Part shown: piece by piece, positions 24,935 to 36,410 of the stretch
How the letters are laid out: each line of letters starts with the position of its first letter
How positions within the stretch are numbered: the first letter of the stretch is position 1
NCBI GenBank assembly: GCA_030390025.1
Contig: CM059438.1
Location: 8,184,001-8,248,000 of the forward strand
Direction: 5' to 3'
DNA from: Squalus acanthias
Lineage: Eukaryota
Length of the DNA stretch: 64,000 nt
Position numbers and translations under genes: made by a program
Notes under the pieces: model-generated
Databases searched by the model: none
Seen by the model: only the letters and a program-made list of their open reading frames with translations
Told to the model about the DNA's origin: nothing

Positions 24935-25940
24935 GCAACAACAACAACTTGCATTGATACAGCACCTTTAACGTAGTAAAAAGAAGTCCCAGGGTGCTTC
25001 ACAGAAGTGTTATCAGACAAAAAATTTGACACCGAGCCACATAAAGTGATATTAGGACAGGTGACGAAAAGCATGCTCAAAGAGGTAGGTTTTAAGGAGA
25101 GAGAGAGAGAGGTAGCGAGGCAGAGAGGTTTAGGGAGGGAATCCCAGAGCTTAGGGCCCAGGCAGCTGAAGGCACAGCCGCCAATGGTGGAGCGATTAAA
25201 ATCGGGGATGCGCAAGAGGCCAGAATTGGAGGTGTGCAGAGATCTCGGAGGGTTGCAGGGTTGAAGAAGGTCACAGAGATAGGGAGGAGCGAGGCCATGG
25301 AGGGATATGAACACAACGATTAGAATTTTAAAATCGAGGCTTTGCCGGACCGTGAGCCAATGTAGGTCAGTGAGCACAGGGGTGATGTGTGAACGGGACT
25401 TAGTGCGAGTTAGGATGCGGGCAGCGGAGTTTTGGATGAGCTCAAGTTTACGGAGGGCGGAAGGTGGCTAGGAGAGCATTGGAATAGTAAAGTCTGGAGG
25501 TAACAAAGGCATGGCTGAGGGTTTCAGCAGCAAATAAGCTGAGGCGGGGTAGAGACAGGCAATATTACAGAGGTGGAAGTAGGCAGTCTTGGGTGATGGA
25601 GCGGATATGGGGGTCTGAAGCTTAACTCAGGTTCAAATAGGACACTGAGATTTCGAACAGTCTGGTTCAGCCTCAGACAGTGGCTGGGGCGAGGGATGGC
25701 GTCGGTGGCTAGGGAACAGAGTCTGTGGTGGGGACCGAATGGCTTCAGTCATCCCAATATTTAACTGGAGGAAATTTCTGCTCATCCAGGGCACGCAGCG
25801 TGACACAGCAGAGGCAGCGGAGGAGTTGAGTGAGGTGGTGCTGAGGTAGAGCTGGGTATAGTCAGCGGACATGTGGAATCTGAAGTTTTGCTGTCAGATG
25901 ATGTAGCCGAGAGGCAGCGCGTAGATGAGAAATAGAAGCA
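24935..25940 (-). mobile_element. L2 LINE 3' fragment (~1 kb)
   Basis: ADYTQLYLS, WMSRNFLQLN, LTDLHWL, FKIL..LHGLAPPYL; (AAC)n tail. Confidence 0.9.
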
Positions 25941-26413
25941 CAGAATTAACTGTGAGAAGAAACTGCATCTAAATCATTTCAGTGACTGAATCCACCAGCT
26001 CTCAGCATAAAGAAGGTTAGAAACCTCTGGGGGAACAGTCTTTGGACATCATATGATTGGTATGGTTTAATTTCATCTGCCTTGCACCATAGCTAACCAC
26101 TCACTGTTCTCATAATGTCACTCAGTCTTACCCTTTACAGAGCAATCACCTTCACATTTTTAAGTTTTATTACTTCTCAGTAAGGCAATCACTCAGTGCC
26201 AGCACTGCTGCAGGCCAGGAACAGAAATTGCTATTTAATATTTAGTATATTAGTGTCTCAGGGTGTCTACCTAATGCTAACAATTTCTCTATTGAATTTC
26301 TTTAGTAGCCTAAAGCCTGATGTAGGAATTCACAATTTGCAGCCAGGTTGGTCCCTGTTAAAAGGGGACTGAAATCTGTTTTCATTGATGTGTAGCATAA
26401 TAACTATCTCGCC

Positions 26414-26800
26414 AGGTGTCAGCCGTGGCTCAGTGGGTAGCACTCTCACCTCTGACCTGGAAGGTTGTGTGCTTTGAGCACAAAATCTAGGCTGACACTC
26501 CAGTGCACTGTCGGAGGTGCCGTCATTCAAACGAGACATTAAACCGAGGCCTTGTCAGCTCTCTCAAGTGGACGTAAAAGATCCCACGGCACTATTTCAA
26601 AGAAGAGCAGGGGAGTTCTCCCTGGTGTCCTGGGGCCAATATTTATCCCTCAACCAACATCACTAAAAAAAAAACAGATTATCTGGTCATTATCACATTG
26701 CTGTTTGTGGGAGCTTGCTGTGCGCAAATTGGCTGCCACATTTCCTACATTACAACAGTGACTCCACTTCATTGGCTGTAAAGTGCTTTGGGACATCCTG
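26414..26800 (+). mobile_element. SacSINE1/DeuSINE-like SINE
   Basis: Head ggtgtcagccgtggctcagtgggtagc and conserved body. Confidence 0.85.
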
Positions 26801-26984
26801 ATTCTCCTGGCTGTTGATGCCAACAAATGCACTTGAATGGCAATAACATGAGACTGCACCATCCCAGACAGCAAGATCAGTGATGGCAGTGAAAGGGATT
26901 GACCTGGACGGTGAAGTCTAGGTTCGTTTAAATTAGAGAACATGCTGAATCTTTCTTTATCTCAGGCAGTTGCCTATTGGATGT

Positions 26985-28165
26985 TAAGCACATGCCCCCT
27001 TAAAGGGGCACAACCAATATAAACTGGAACTTAACAAAAAAATTAAAAGGAAACTTAACAAATTAAATTGAAATACTGTTCCTTGTGGTGGTGATGCACT
27101 CCAGTGCCCACCGGTCGCGGAAGGCCTCAAGCGCGCCGGTGGACACTGCGTGCTCCATCTCCTGTAAGAATAAGCCATTTGCTGTAAATATTGCTGTAAC
27201 ATGACCAAAACTGAAAAAAAAAACTTGACCACATTTTGATATACCAGCATGCTCCGGGAAGTTGAGAGGTTCCTGTGAGAACTTTTATACGAAAACCGTT
27301 GACAGATAAAGACGACCTTGGGCAGGAACAGAACTTTACTAAATGAACTGTTACGGCTGTAAGCTGTGAAAGACTGCCAGCTGCCTTTTACCAAGATAAG
27401 GAAAGCATGCTTTGAGAGTCCTGCGGGAACAGACTATTGAACTGTGGAAACATCTTCAGACTTTGGAATGTAACCTTGAAGGCCCATGGATGCCTAACGG
27501 ACTAGTGATAAGAGGGTCTGAGAAACAATTCATGACCATTATGCCGTATAGTTAGGGACACGTGCGCAGTGGGACAGTTGCCAAATTTTGGGGTATAAAA
27601 GGTGCTGTTTCAAGACACTCACTGCTGCAGCTGGGCGACTTGGTCAGTTGCCAGAAATCAGACGTCTCGTCACTGCCGGATTGACCACTCACTGGTGTTA
27701 GTACGCATGTGGTGTTTTGCTTGAGCTTAAAGCAAAGGGATAGCTCTGTGTATGCTGAGGTATAATAATTGGAAACTATTGTACGCTACATAACTGTCGG
27801 ATGCTTGCTTGTAATCTCCTGCTGATTTTTAAGTAAAAGAAGTTTTTCGCAGATTCGTTGGGTTTTGTGTTGTCTGTTCGACGGGTCTGAACTTTGGAAA
27901 CTGTTGGACGGGGTGAGGGGCGATTTCCGCACGTCTTACACTCCAGGGACACCCGGGCGCGAACGTAGCCGTGGAAGAGAGGCAGGCACTTGGGCCGAAT
28001 GACTCGCCTCGATCGCCCGCTGCCTGGACCTGTTGATAGGACTTGCCCGCTTCACCCCCTGCACCAGGGAGACCAAAGATCAGGAGCGTGGGACTGAAGT
28101 GCAACCAAAAATAGAGGAGCAGCCCCTTCAAGTAATGGAAGAGGGGCTGCAACCTCTCACAGAGA
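26985..28165 (-). mobile_element. Tx1/L1-like LINE 3' remnant, split by a solo LTR
   Basis: Minus strand joins across the LTR: ERLQPLFHYLKGLLLYFWLHFSPTLLIFG...CLPLFHGYVRARVSL|EMEHAVSTGALEAFRDRWA; then a T-rich 3' UTR. Confidence 0.7.
27163..27940 (+). mobile_element. Solo LTR (778 bp), 4-bp TSD CTCC
   Basis: Termini TGTAAGA...TCTTACA; CTCC at 27159-27162 and 27941-27944; TATAAAA at 27594; AGTAAA at 27832. Confidence 0.85.
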
Positions 28166-28842
28166 ACATGCTGTAACTGGTTTGGATAATGATTCGCAAA
28201 GCTGCAACACAATCCCAAAGTCCAATGGGCTTTTTTTTTTATAAATCGACTCTAGCTTTGCACTCTTTGTTTAGCAGGTCACTAAGCATTTGATTGTGTT
28301 GCAGCTGTACAGGAAGAAGGGTTCCTGTATGTTGTTATGTGTAACAAAATCATTAACCCAAACAGATTACTTATTTTGTTACACATAAATGCTATTAGAT
28401 GCTAACGGGGGTGGGGGGGTGTTACATCTTTGTAAGATAGAGTGCATTATTTCTCAGTAAAACCTGCTGTACTGTCAGTTATACCCTGCTCTAGTATCAT
28501 AGGGCTATATTTTCATTTGTTTGCTAATGTTAGCAGAAAGTTACAAGGTAGAGCAAAGTTCCCCATTGTATATTTTTTTCCTTTTTCACTAAAATTAGCA
28601 TTGGAAAATAAAATCAATTAAGTAAAACAGTAAGATTTGCATTCGCAATATAATATTTGTCTTGCAGATGCGCTGCTCACTCTGGCATGATTGGTTTGAG
28701 TAGCGCAACCTGCACTACTCAACTCATTCACTGCCACTCTGTTCACAGAGTACAGACAAACAGCACTGCTGTAGTCATGACACCATCCTGTTGCTTTCTT
28801 AAACCAGGAGCTGGTGCCACATGGAGGCATTAGCACTGAACA

Positions 28843-29758
28843 GGCCGGAGTTTGCATTCAGCGGCGAACTCTTGCCCACAGACACTCTGTGGGATTTTGC
28901 ACTGGAACTTGCCGTGATTAGCGAACCATTCCGGCGCTGCACCCTCTACAGAGGATCTGAGACCTGTGCGAACAGAGCAAGCAACTGTGCATCTCCTTAA
29001 CCAGTCAGATTGAAGAATTCTTAACGTGACGCGCAAAGTCTGAACCATGAAGCGTCAATTAGAATAGTGAGTTCAATGTCAAATCAGATGCAGAAAGCAA
29101 AATAAAGAGGGAAAGAAAGATGAGATTAAGAGTGCATATTGCTGTACTTACATGATAGATGCACACTAAACTCACCAAAAAAAGTTAGGGCTTGTCCATT
29201 CCAGTGTAAGTACATTTTTAATGGTGTGATAAGTGTTAATTACTGCCAAACAACCTCTCTGGCACTGAAAATTAACTTTTACAAGTGTGGAGTCTCATTC
29301 CTTCAGATAAAAGAGACGGAAAGAAAAAGTTAAAAAAGGATTTAACTTTTTAAAAACTCTCCAACAATGATTAAAATCTGAAGGAATGAGACTCCACACT
29401 TGTAAAAGTTAATTTTCAGTGCCAGAGAGGTTGTTTGGCAGTAATTAACACTTATCACACCATTAAAAATGTACTTACACTGGAATGGACAAGCCCTAAC
29501 TTTTTTTGGTGAGTTTAGTGTGCATCTATCACGTAAGTACAGCAACTTCACGTTGTTCCAGGTGTTACAATGTCGAGTCTCTCAGCGAGATACTGTTATA
29601 ACGCAACTTCCGGAGGAACAGGGCAACTCGGACAGCAACTTCCTGATTTACACGTTTAACTGCGCATGTGCGATCGTCGGAAGTTGCTGTCCGATTTACG
29701 CTTCAATAACAGTGAGCGCCGATAGCCTCACCGTTATTTTTACTGCAAAATCCAAGCC
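28843..29758. mobile_element. Harbinger-like non-autonomous element containing an inverted duplication
   Basis: Ends GGCCGGAGTTTGCA / TGCAAAATCCAAGCC; reverse-orientation homologue at 44310-45090. Confidence 0.75.
29139..29545. repeat. 170-bp near-perfect inverted repeat, 67-bp spacer
   Basis: Arms 29139-29308 and 29376-29545; ORF-track peptides on opposite strands are identical except H/R. Confidence 0.95.
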
Positions 29759-30083
29759 AATGTGTTAAGCAGTAAGGCCTTTATTAACCAGGCAGACAGT
29801 CTCGAGTTTCAGTTTCTGGGCTGTCTGTGACTGCATCACTACCACACTTGACTGAATTGGAAAGCATTCCACCTCAGGGGAAAGAAAGCCAACTGAGAGT
29901 CTAGCCCACTCACATGAATCATATCTCTTGCAGCACTTTCAGAGTACACAATAACAGCAATCACAGAGAGGTCTAGACTCAAATTATTTAGTCATCCTGA
30001 CTGGAGAGGGGAGAGAGAGTAAGCTTGGAATGAGAGAATTAAATTCTGGAGAAAAATAAAACAAAATAGATGTTCCTATATGT

Positions 30084-30202
30084 ACGGACTGCAGCGGTTC
30101 ATGAAGGCGGCTCACCACCACCTTCTCAAGGGCAATTAGGGATGGGCAATAAATGTTGGCCTTGCCAGCGTCGTCCGCAACCCAGGAACGAATAAAAATA
30201 AA
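30084..30202 (+). mobile_element. Extreme 3' end of the single-ORF CR1-like LINE family
   Basis: ggactgcagcggttc..aaggcggctcaccaccaccttctcaagggcaattagggatgggc...gaataaaaa. Confidence 0.85.
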
Positions 30203-30610
30203 TGTTTTTTGTTGTAGACTAGTCGCCCTTTATAAAACTTTACAGCATCTTTGAGTGCCAATGTTTGTTGCTTTGCAAGACGTTAATAAAATTTAGCACT
30301 CAGATACCAGCAGTGAAATGCAGCACGCTATAATAACATGATCACAGCAAGATACCTGCGACATGAACTAGATCTCAGTGAAATGATTTAGAAACATATT
30401 TTCTACTGCTGTTTCAATCTGGTTTTGCCGTGTTATCGGTGGAATGAATAGAATAGATTAGAACTAAAATGAAACGGTGCATCGCCCATCTTCCAGCAGG
30501 ACACTTATACACTCACTGATTGGGCAATAAGGAGCAAAATTGTGACTTGGTAAAAAAGTACACTGTCAAGAATATGCTCCAACCAGGACTGCAAGTGTTC
30601 CAAATTAAGT

Positions 30611-31383
30611 GGACTGAACTTTATCACACTAAAACAGGTGGGTTGGGTTTGGGTCAGATGTTAACATTTTTAAAAACTGAACCCCGACCCCAACCCGCCC
30701 CCAACCCGCCCACTTCCGAGTTTTACAGAGTCCGGACAAGGGGCGGGCAGCCAACCCGCTCCCTGGAGGCGTGTTAGCAATTTAAATATTTTAATGAGGC
30801 CGACAGCCTCTGATTTACCCTGCTTTGCTGGTTTTACAGTGGCAGCCGGGTTTCCCAGTCTTCGGGAAACCCGACAGCTGAAGTGAGGTGAGGACAGCTT
30901 CTGGACGGGGAACCTGTCAAGGACTGAAGACGCACTCTATGGCGTTAAAACTCCACAGTATGCGGGGAAACCCACACTTCTGAGTTTCCGCACCCCCACC
31001 CCCCCACAGCCACCCCGCCCCACACCACCTACGTAACCCGCCCCTGTTAATATCCAGGCCAGTAAGATGAGGGAGGCTGGTGGTAAAATCATTTCAAGAG
31101 TGGTTGAAGGCAAGTATTTATACCATGTGTCATTAACTATTAAACTACCTACGGTCAAATTAATTAAAAAGCAAGAAGGGAGAGGAGAGACCGGGTCTGG
31201 GGAGGCCCAAGGACTTCTTGCGGGGCCCAGGGGAGCGTTCCTGCGCCTCCTGTGCCTGTTCTGAAGCGAGTTAAGATGGTGGGGGTCCGGGAATGCGTCT
31301 GGAACGTGGCGCGACCCCTCCCCCACCATCTTAACTCCCCGCCCGCACCATTCCCGTTGGGCGGGCAGGGTTACAATAGACCC
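30611..31383. mobile_element. Harbinger-like MITE(s), GC-rich, decayed
   Basis: Shares internal sequence (gaaccccgaccc, taatgaggcc, taaaactccacag) with 53406-53926; right end aatatccaggcc at 31060; a second remnant runs to ~31383. Confidence 0.55.
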
Positions 31384-31441
31384 TGAGGAAACGAATAAAG
31401 TAAACCTGAGCCGCTGAAGCAATATGCAACAAGACATACAT

Positions 31442-31775
31442 AACAACAACAACAACTTGTATTTATATAGCGCCTTTAACGTAGTAAAACGTCCCAAGGT
31501 GCTTCACTGGAGTATTATAAGGCAAAAAATTTGACACCGAGCCACATAAGGAGAAATTAGGGCAGGTGACCAAAAGCTTGGTCAAAGAGGTAGGATTTAA
31601 GGAGCGTCTTAAAGGAGGATAGAGAGGTAGCGAGGCGGAGAGGTTTAGGCAGGGAATTCCAGAGCTTGGGGCCTAGGCAACAGAAGGCACGGCCACCAAT
31701 GGTTGAGCGATTATAATCAGGGATGCTCAAGAGGGCAGAATTGGAGGAGCGCAGATATCTCGGGGGTTGTGGCAG
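31442..31775 (-). mobile_element. L2 LINE 3' fragment
   Basis: RYLRSSNSALLSIP...PKLWNSLP...FKTLLK; (AAC)n tail. Confidence 0.9.
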
Positions 31776-32721
31776 GGGAAGTACAGAATGCTGTATACAT
31801 TGACTGTTGGGCCATATCAGCATCAGATCTCCTTCATCATGGCCTTATTTAATAATATATTGCATTACAATCACTGTCCTAGATGTTATAAGACTTGCTG
31901 ATGACATTAGTCTATGTGGCTTGTAACCTGCCACAACGCTATAATGGGATCCAAACATACTAAATAAGTTAAATAGTGTCCAATTGATGCGCGGCCTACA
32001 TCAACAAAGCGAATCAAGTAGTTGGACGCAACTCAAGTGGCATTCAATTGTAAGGCAAAAGATATTTTAATCCTTTGTAACTTATGCATGAAGCCTCATT
32101 TGGAATAAGTAGGAAAAGTTTTTCGCTCACATGTATGAGTGTCGCAGGGGCAGGGGGTGGCACAAAAAATCGGGCACCAAATCGGGAGTCAGAAACGCAC
32201 CAAGAGTGTGCTGTGTAATATGTTCCGACCGGGCAGTGCTGGGGGTGCAGCAGGCTAGTGATGTTGGAGTCCACAAGTCTCATTAGACCTTCAAAGAACA
32301 TGGTAATGACGACAGGGCTCTCTCTCCCTCTCCCCTCCGTCCAGTTCTCTGTGGCTCGCTCCGCCACAGATGCTCTGCCCACGAGAAGCGAGTTCCTATT
32401 CACCTTAAAGGTGTTAATTTTGTGAGTGATTGTGAACTTTGCTGGGGTTTTTGTTCGTTGCATTTTCTTTTGGTTTGCTGTTGTTCACTTTATTTAGGTG
32501 CACTATTTTGCATTTTGATTTTGCTTTTTATCAACCAGCGTTCAAGGAGTTTTCATCGTGATTTGCAGCAGTCCCAACAGGTGGGATGAACCAGGGGAGT
32601 TCCAAAGGAATGTTCAGAACTAGGTTTGGCCGTACTCAAGGCATGGTATTCTCCAAGTTGGGATTGTTGGCCTTGAGGTTCCATCTTGTCATACAGTCAG
32701 GAGATGGAAGTGTCTGCACAT

Positions 32722-33872
32722 CAGGTTTCAGCCTTGCTTGTGAGTCAGAAGGTTGAGAGTTCAAGCCCCACTGCAGAGACGTCAGCACATACTCTAGGCT
32801 GACACTGAGGGAATGGTATACTGTTGGAGAAATAGCTGTTAGATTCGAAGATGGGGTTTTAATTCTTAGAACAGAGACTGACAACACGCAGCCGGGATCA
32901 GCTGGCAGAAATGCCAGCGAGGTCGAATAACAAGCACCAAAAGACAAATAGAAGTGATAAGGGAATCGTAAAATGCAAAACAACACAGGGTGGTTGGATA
33001 ATAGACAAAATGGAGCCGAAAAGTCATAAAATGTCCTTAAAGCAACATAACAAAACATTCCTCAGGAAGGTAAGAGGGAGGCCTCGTCAGCCATGCAGAA
33101 AGGGACGGCGAGGGATGCCTTCCCGCTTCACAATTGGACAATAGGATGGGGGATCAAATGATTGACACCAGGTAATCACCAGCCCACCGAAATAATTATA
33201 AATATAGACGACCGAGAGAGGAAATCAGGCAGTTAGGGGCGAAGGCTTCCCCGCGGTGGCTAACGGCCTAACACCTCCAACAGCTCGAGAGATGACCCAA
33301 CGGAAGTGACCACTGCAGCAGACTGCAGGAATCCACCCAATCCGTGACCACCGTACTGCCTCCCCATCTGTCCGGTCGTGGCATTCCACTTCGGGAGTCA
33401 TAGATCGCTCTCTACTGTTACGGGTTGTTTGTCTATTATACTTAGCTTAAACCACATGTAATATCTGATTATGCTTTAAAACTGTAGCTCTTTCATAAAA
33501 AGCCTTACAACTCCGAAGACCCTTTGGGTAATCTGTGTGCGACCTGTGATCCTAATCTTACAGGAGAGAGTGTATTTCAGATGAAACATGAAACCAAGGC
33601 CCCATCTTTCCTCTCAGGTGGAAGTAAAAGATCCCATGGCATTATTGAAAAAGAGATGGGGTGTTCTCCTGGTGTCCTGGCCAACATTCAACCAACAAAC
33701 AGATTATCTGGTCATTTAGTTCACTGCAGTTTGTGGGACCTTGCTGTGCACAAATTGGCTGCTGTGTTTCCCTACAATACAAAAGTGCCTACACTTCAAA
33801 ACGTTGACTGTAAAGCACTTTGGGATGTCCTGAGGTCATGAAACACACGACACAAATGCAAGTTCTTTCTTT
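32722..33872 (+). mobile_element. Old DeuSINE-like SINE split by a solo LTR
   Basis: SINE 5' half 32722-32830; 3' half 33563-33872. Confidence 0.75.
32837..33562 (+). mobile_element. Probable solo LTR (~726 bp)
   Basis: Termini TGTTAGATT...AATCTTACA; TATAAAT at ~33198; CATAAA at ~33494; TSD irregular (GGAGA repeated, with 6 extra nt on the left). Confidence 0.65.
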
Positions 33873-34524
33873 CTATCAGCCTGGATGTCAGTAAGTGACT
33901 GTGCATTATGGAGCTGGGTTGTTTTGTTTTATAATGACTCCAGTTGTGAGTGTAGTCTTCAGTTGTGCATTACATCTTGAATGTGCGCTCGACTGAAGTG
34001 CACACATGCAGGAAATGCAATGAAAGAGCTGCATGGTTGTATGAGGTCTTGATGGCGGCAAGCAGTAAATGTCAAACACATTGCCAGGCAACACTGAGGT
34101 ATGCAATCGCAGGCAGGTGCACAGTACTGTTCGGTAGTCTTTTCCTCTTCTGCATTTGTTCTCTGGTGCTGCAGGTGTGACACAGCTTTGATCTGGTTAG
34201 CACCAGCTGCCAGGGATGGTGCCTGTCCTCCTCTGGATGCTGTCCTCCTCTCACTCACCTCATGCAGCTCCACATGCGTTTGGCCATGCATCCAACAGAA
34301 GGTTGAGTGCCGTACTGTTCCATCATTTGCCCACAAGATCTGTTTTCTAGTTCCCTATTGGGTTTTCTTCCACTTCAATTATATTTAGTATTTCTCCACC
34401 CCGCCCCCCCCCCACCACCCCCCCCCCCTTCTCGGTTAATTTTGAAGCTTGATAAAGGCTGAAACAATATTTGTCCCCATAGGAAGCCATAGTCAAGTGC
34501 ACACCTGCCTATACTTTGTAATAA

Positions 34525-34745
34525 CAACAGAAAACGCTGGGAAAAACTCAGCAGGCCAGGCAGCATCCATGGAGAGAGAAACAGAGTTAACGTTTCAGGT
34601 CGAAGACCTTTCATCAGAACTAGAAAAAAGCAGGAAATGAAATAGATTTAAAGCAAGGATAAAGCTGGGAAAAGGGGGCGGGGATGAAAGAACAAAAGGA
34701 GAGATTAAGAGACATTGAGAGACATTAAGAGATAATCAAAGCAAG
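34525..34745 (-). mobile_element. Penelope-like 3' terminal fragment
   Basis: Reverse complement matches 2805-2945 and ~2330-2395. Confidence 0.8.
34585..34621 (-). ncRNA. Minimal type I hammerhead ribozyme
   Basis: aguu CUGAUGA A AGGUC uuc GACCU GAAA CG UU aacu; perfect stems I and II. Confidence 0.8.
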
Positions 34746-35024
34746 AGGAGGTGTTAATGTGACAGGTTGCGGTTAAATGAAGTGTGAAATGCGCTGGCAG
34801 AATGAAGGACAGCTGCCAGCTTCTGGGAGGGGAAAAAAAAGGGGGGGCCCAAACAAAAGGGTGGATGAAAAAATAAAATATAATATGCCTTTACTTTGTA
34901 CCTGCTTCCCAGATTTTCTACATCCCCATTAGGCTGGCTCCTTGGATCAAAGCTGAAATGAATAATGATTCGAATGACCCGAGAGCTGGAATCGGAAGGC
35001 AATCAGCTTTGTTACAGCCCCGCA

Positions 35025-35494
35025 GCGAGCCCCGTACACCCAGCACCCCTGTGCTCGCTAACCTACATTTGTTCCCGGTCCAGCAATGCCGCGATTTTCA
35101 AATTCTCATCCTTGTTATCAAATCCCTCTGTGGCCTCGCCCCTCCCTATCTCTGTAACCTCCTTCAGCCCTACAACCCTCCGAGATATCTGCGCTCCTCC
35201 AATTCTGGCCTCTTACGCATCCCTGATTTTTTTCGCTCCACCATTGGCGGCCGTGTCTTCAGCTATATAGACTCTAAGCTCTGGAATTCCCTCCCTAAAC
35301 CTCTCCGCCTCTCTACCTCTCTTTCCTCCTTTAAGACGCTCCTTAAAACCTACCTCTTTGACCAGGCTTTTGGTCATCTGCCCTAATATCTCCTTACGTG
35401 GCTCAGTGTCAAATTTTGTCTGATTACGCTCCTGTGAAGCGCCTTGGGATGTTTTACTACGGTAAAGGCGCGATATAAATGCAAGTTGTTGTTG
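35025..35494 (+). mobile_element. L2 LINE 3' fragment
   Basis: TPVLANLH...GLAPPYL...LWNSLP; (TTG)n tail. Confidence 0.9.
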
Positions 35495-35821
35495 CAGCGC
35501 ACTAGCCTAAACCGCACCAGCAACGATAAAAGAACATAGGCCCAGAAATTCCGTTCGCAGGCCTCCCGCGGGCGGAGGGCTGCGATCTAGAAAAATCTTC
35601 TATGTATCTAGACATCTATGGAGGGCTCCCGGGAGGCGCAGAGTTCCGTTGCTGGGCCTCTCCAAGCTGCCGGTGCGCAGGGCCCACGTATCCCAGAGGC
35701 ACAGGCGGCTCGCAGCGTCCCTGGGATCACGAGGGCCATGGGGAGCCAATCACAGAAGGGAATCTCCCTTCATACACTTGACAGGAAGACCTGTCAAATA
35801 TATGACAGGTCTTCCTGTCAG

Positions 35822-35950
35822 CGCTGCTCCTTCACCTGACGAAGGAGCAGTGCTCCGAAAGCTTGTGATTTCAAATAAAGCTGTTGGACTATAACCTGGT
35901 GTTGTGCGACTTCTCACTTTTGTCCACCCCAGTCCAACATCTCCGCATCA
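35822..35950 (+). mobile_element. Penelope-like hammerhead mini-element; TSD TCAAATATATGA
   Basis: Same family as 1544 and 62004, with only a short inverted 5' arm. Confidence 0.8.
35832..35868 (+). ncRNA. Minimal type I hammerhead ribozyme
   Basis: ucac CUGACGA A GGAGC agu GCUCC GAAA GC UU guga. Confidence 0.8.
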
Positions 35951-36410
35951 TCAAATATATGAATAGAGATCACCCCCAAAACATAGTAAAACTTAAAATA
36001 AATTTTTAAAAAACATCACATTTTTAAAATGACTTTAAATTACAATAAATTAAGGTAGAAATTAGGTCGCGCCCCATTTGGGGCGCAAATATCGTCCGGA
36101 CGCAAATATTAGCGCCTGGCGCTAATTATCGGCACTGACAGGAAACTTCACTTTTACCGCCCCGGGAGGTGAGTGGAGCGCTAAAGCAGGCGCTGCACAC
36201 CTGTCTTAAGGCGCAAAGGCCAAGGAGTGAGGCGCTAACTCAGCGCGCGAGCGCAGCGCAGCTGCTGCCAGTTAGCGAGGGAACACAGACACACTGGCGC
36301 CGGACACTTCTTAAAGCGGGGGGGGGCCACTTGCTCCCCAGCCACACCCTGCTCATTGCAGCCTTGAATCTCAGCCTGGAGAGACCTGTGAATCCATTTT
36401 GCTGCCAAGC

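Noticed and set aside
29139-29551. Duplicated 64/69-aa ORFs as a gene pair
   Set aside because: By-product of the inverted duplication in a non-coding transposon.
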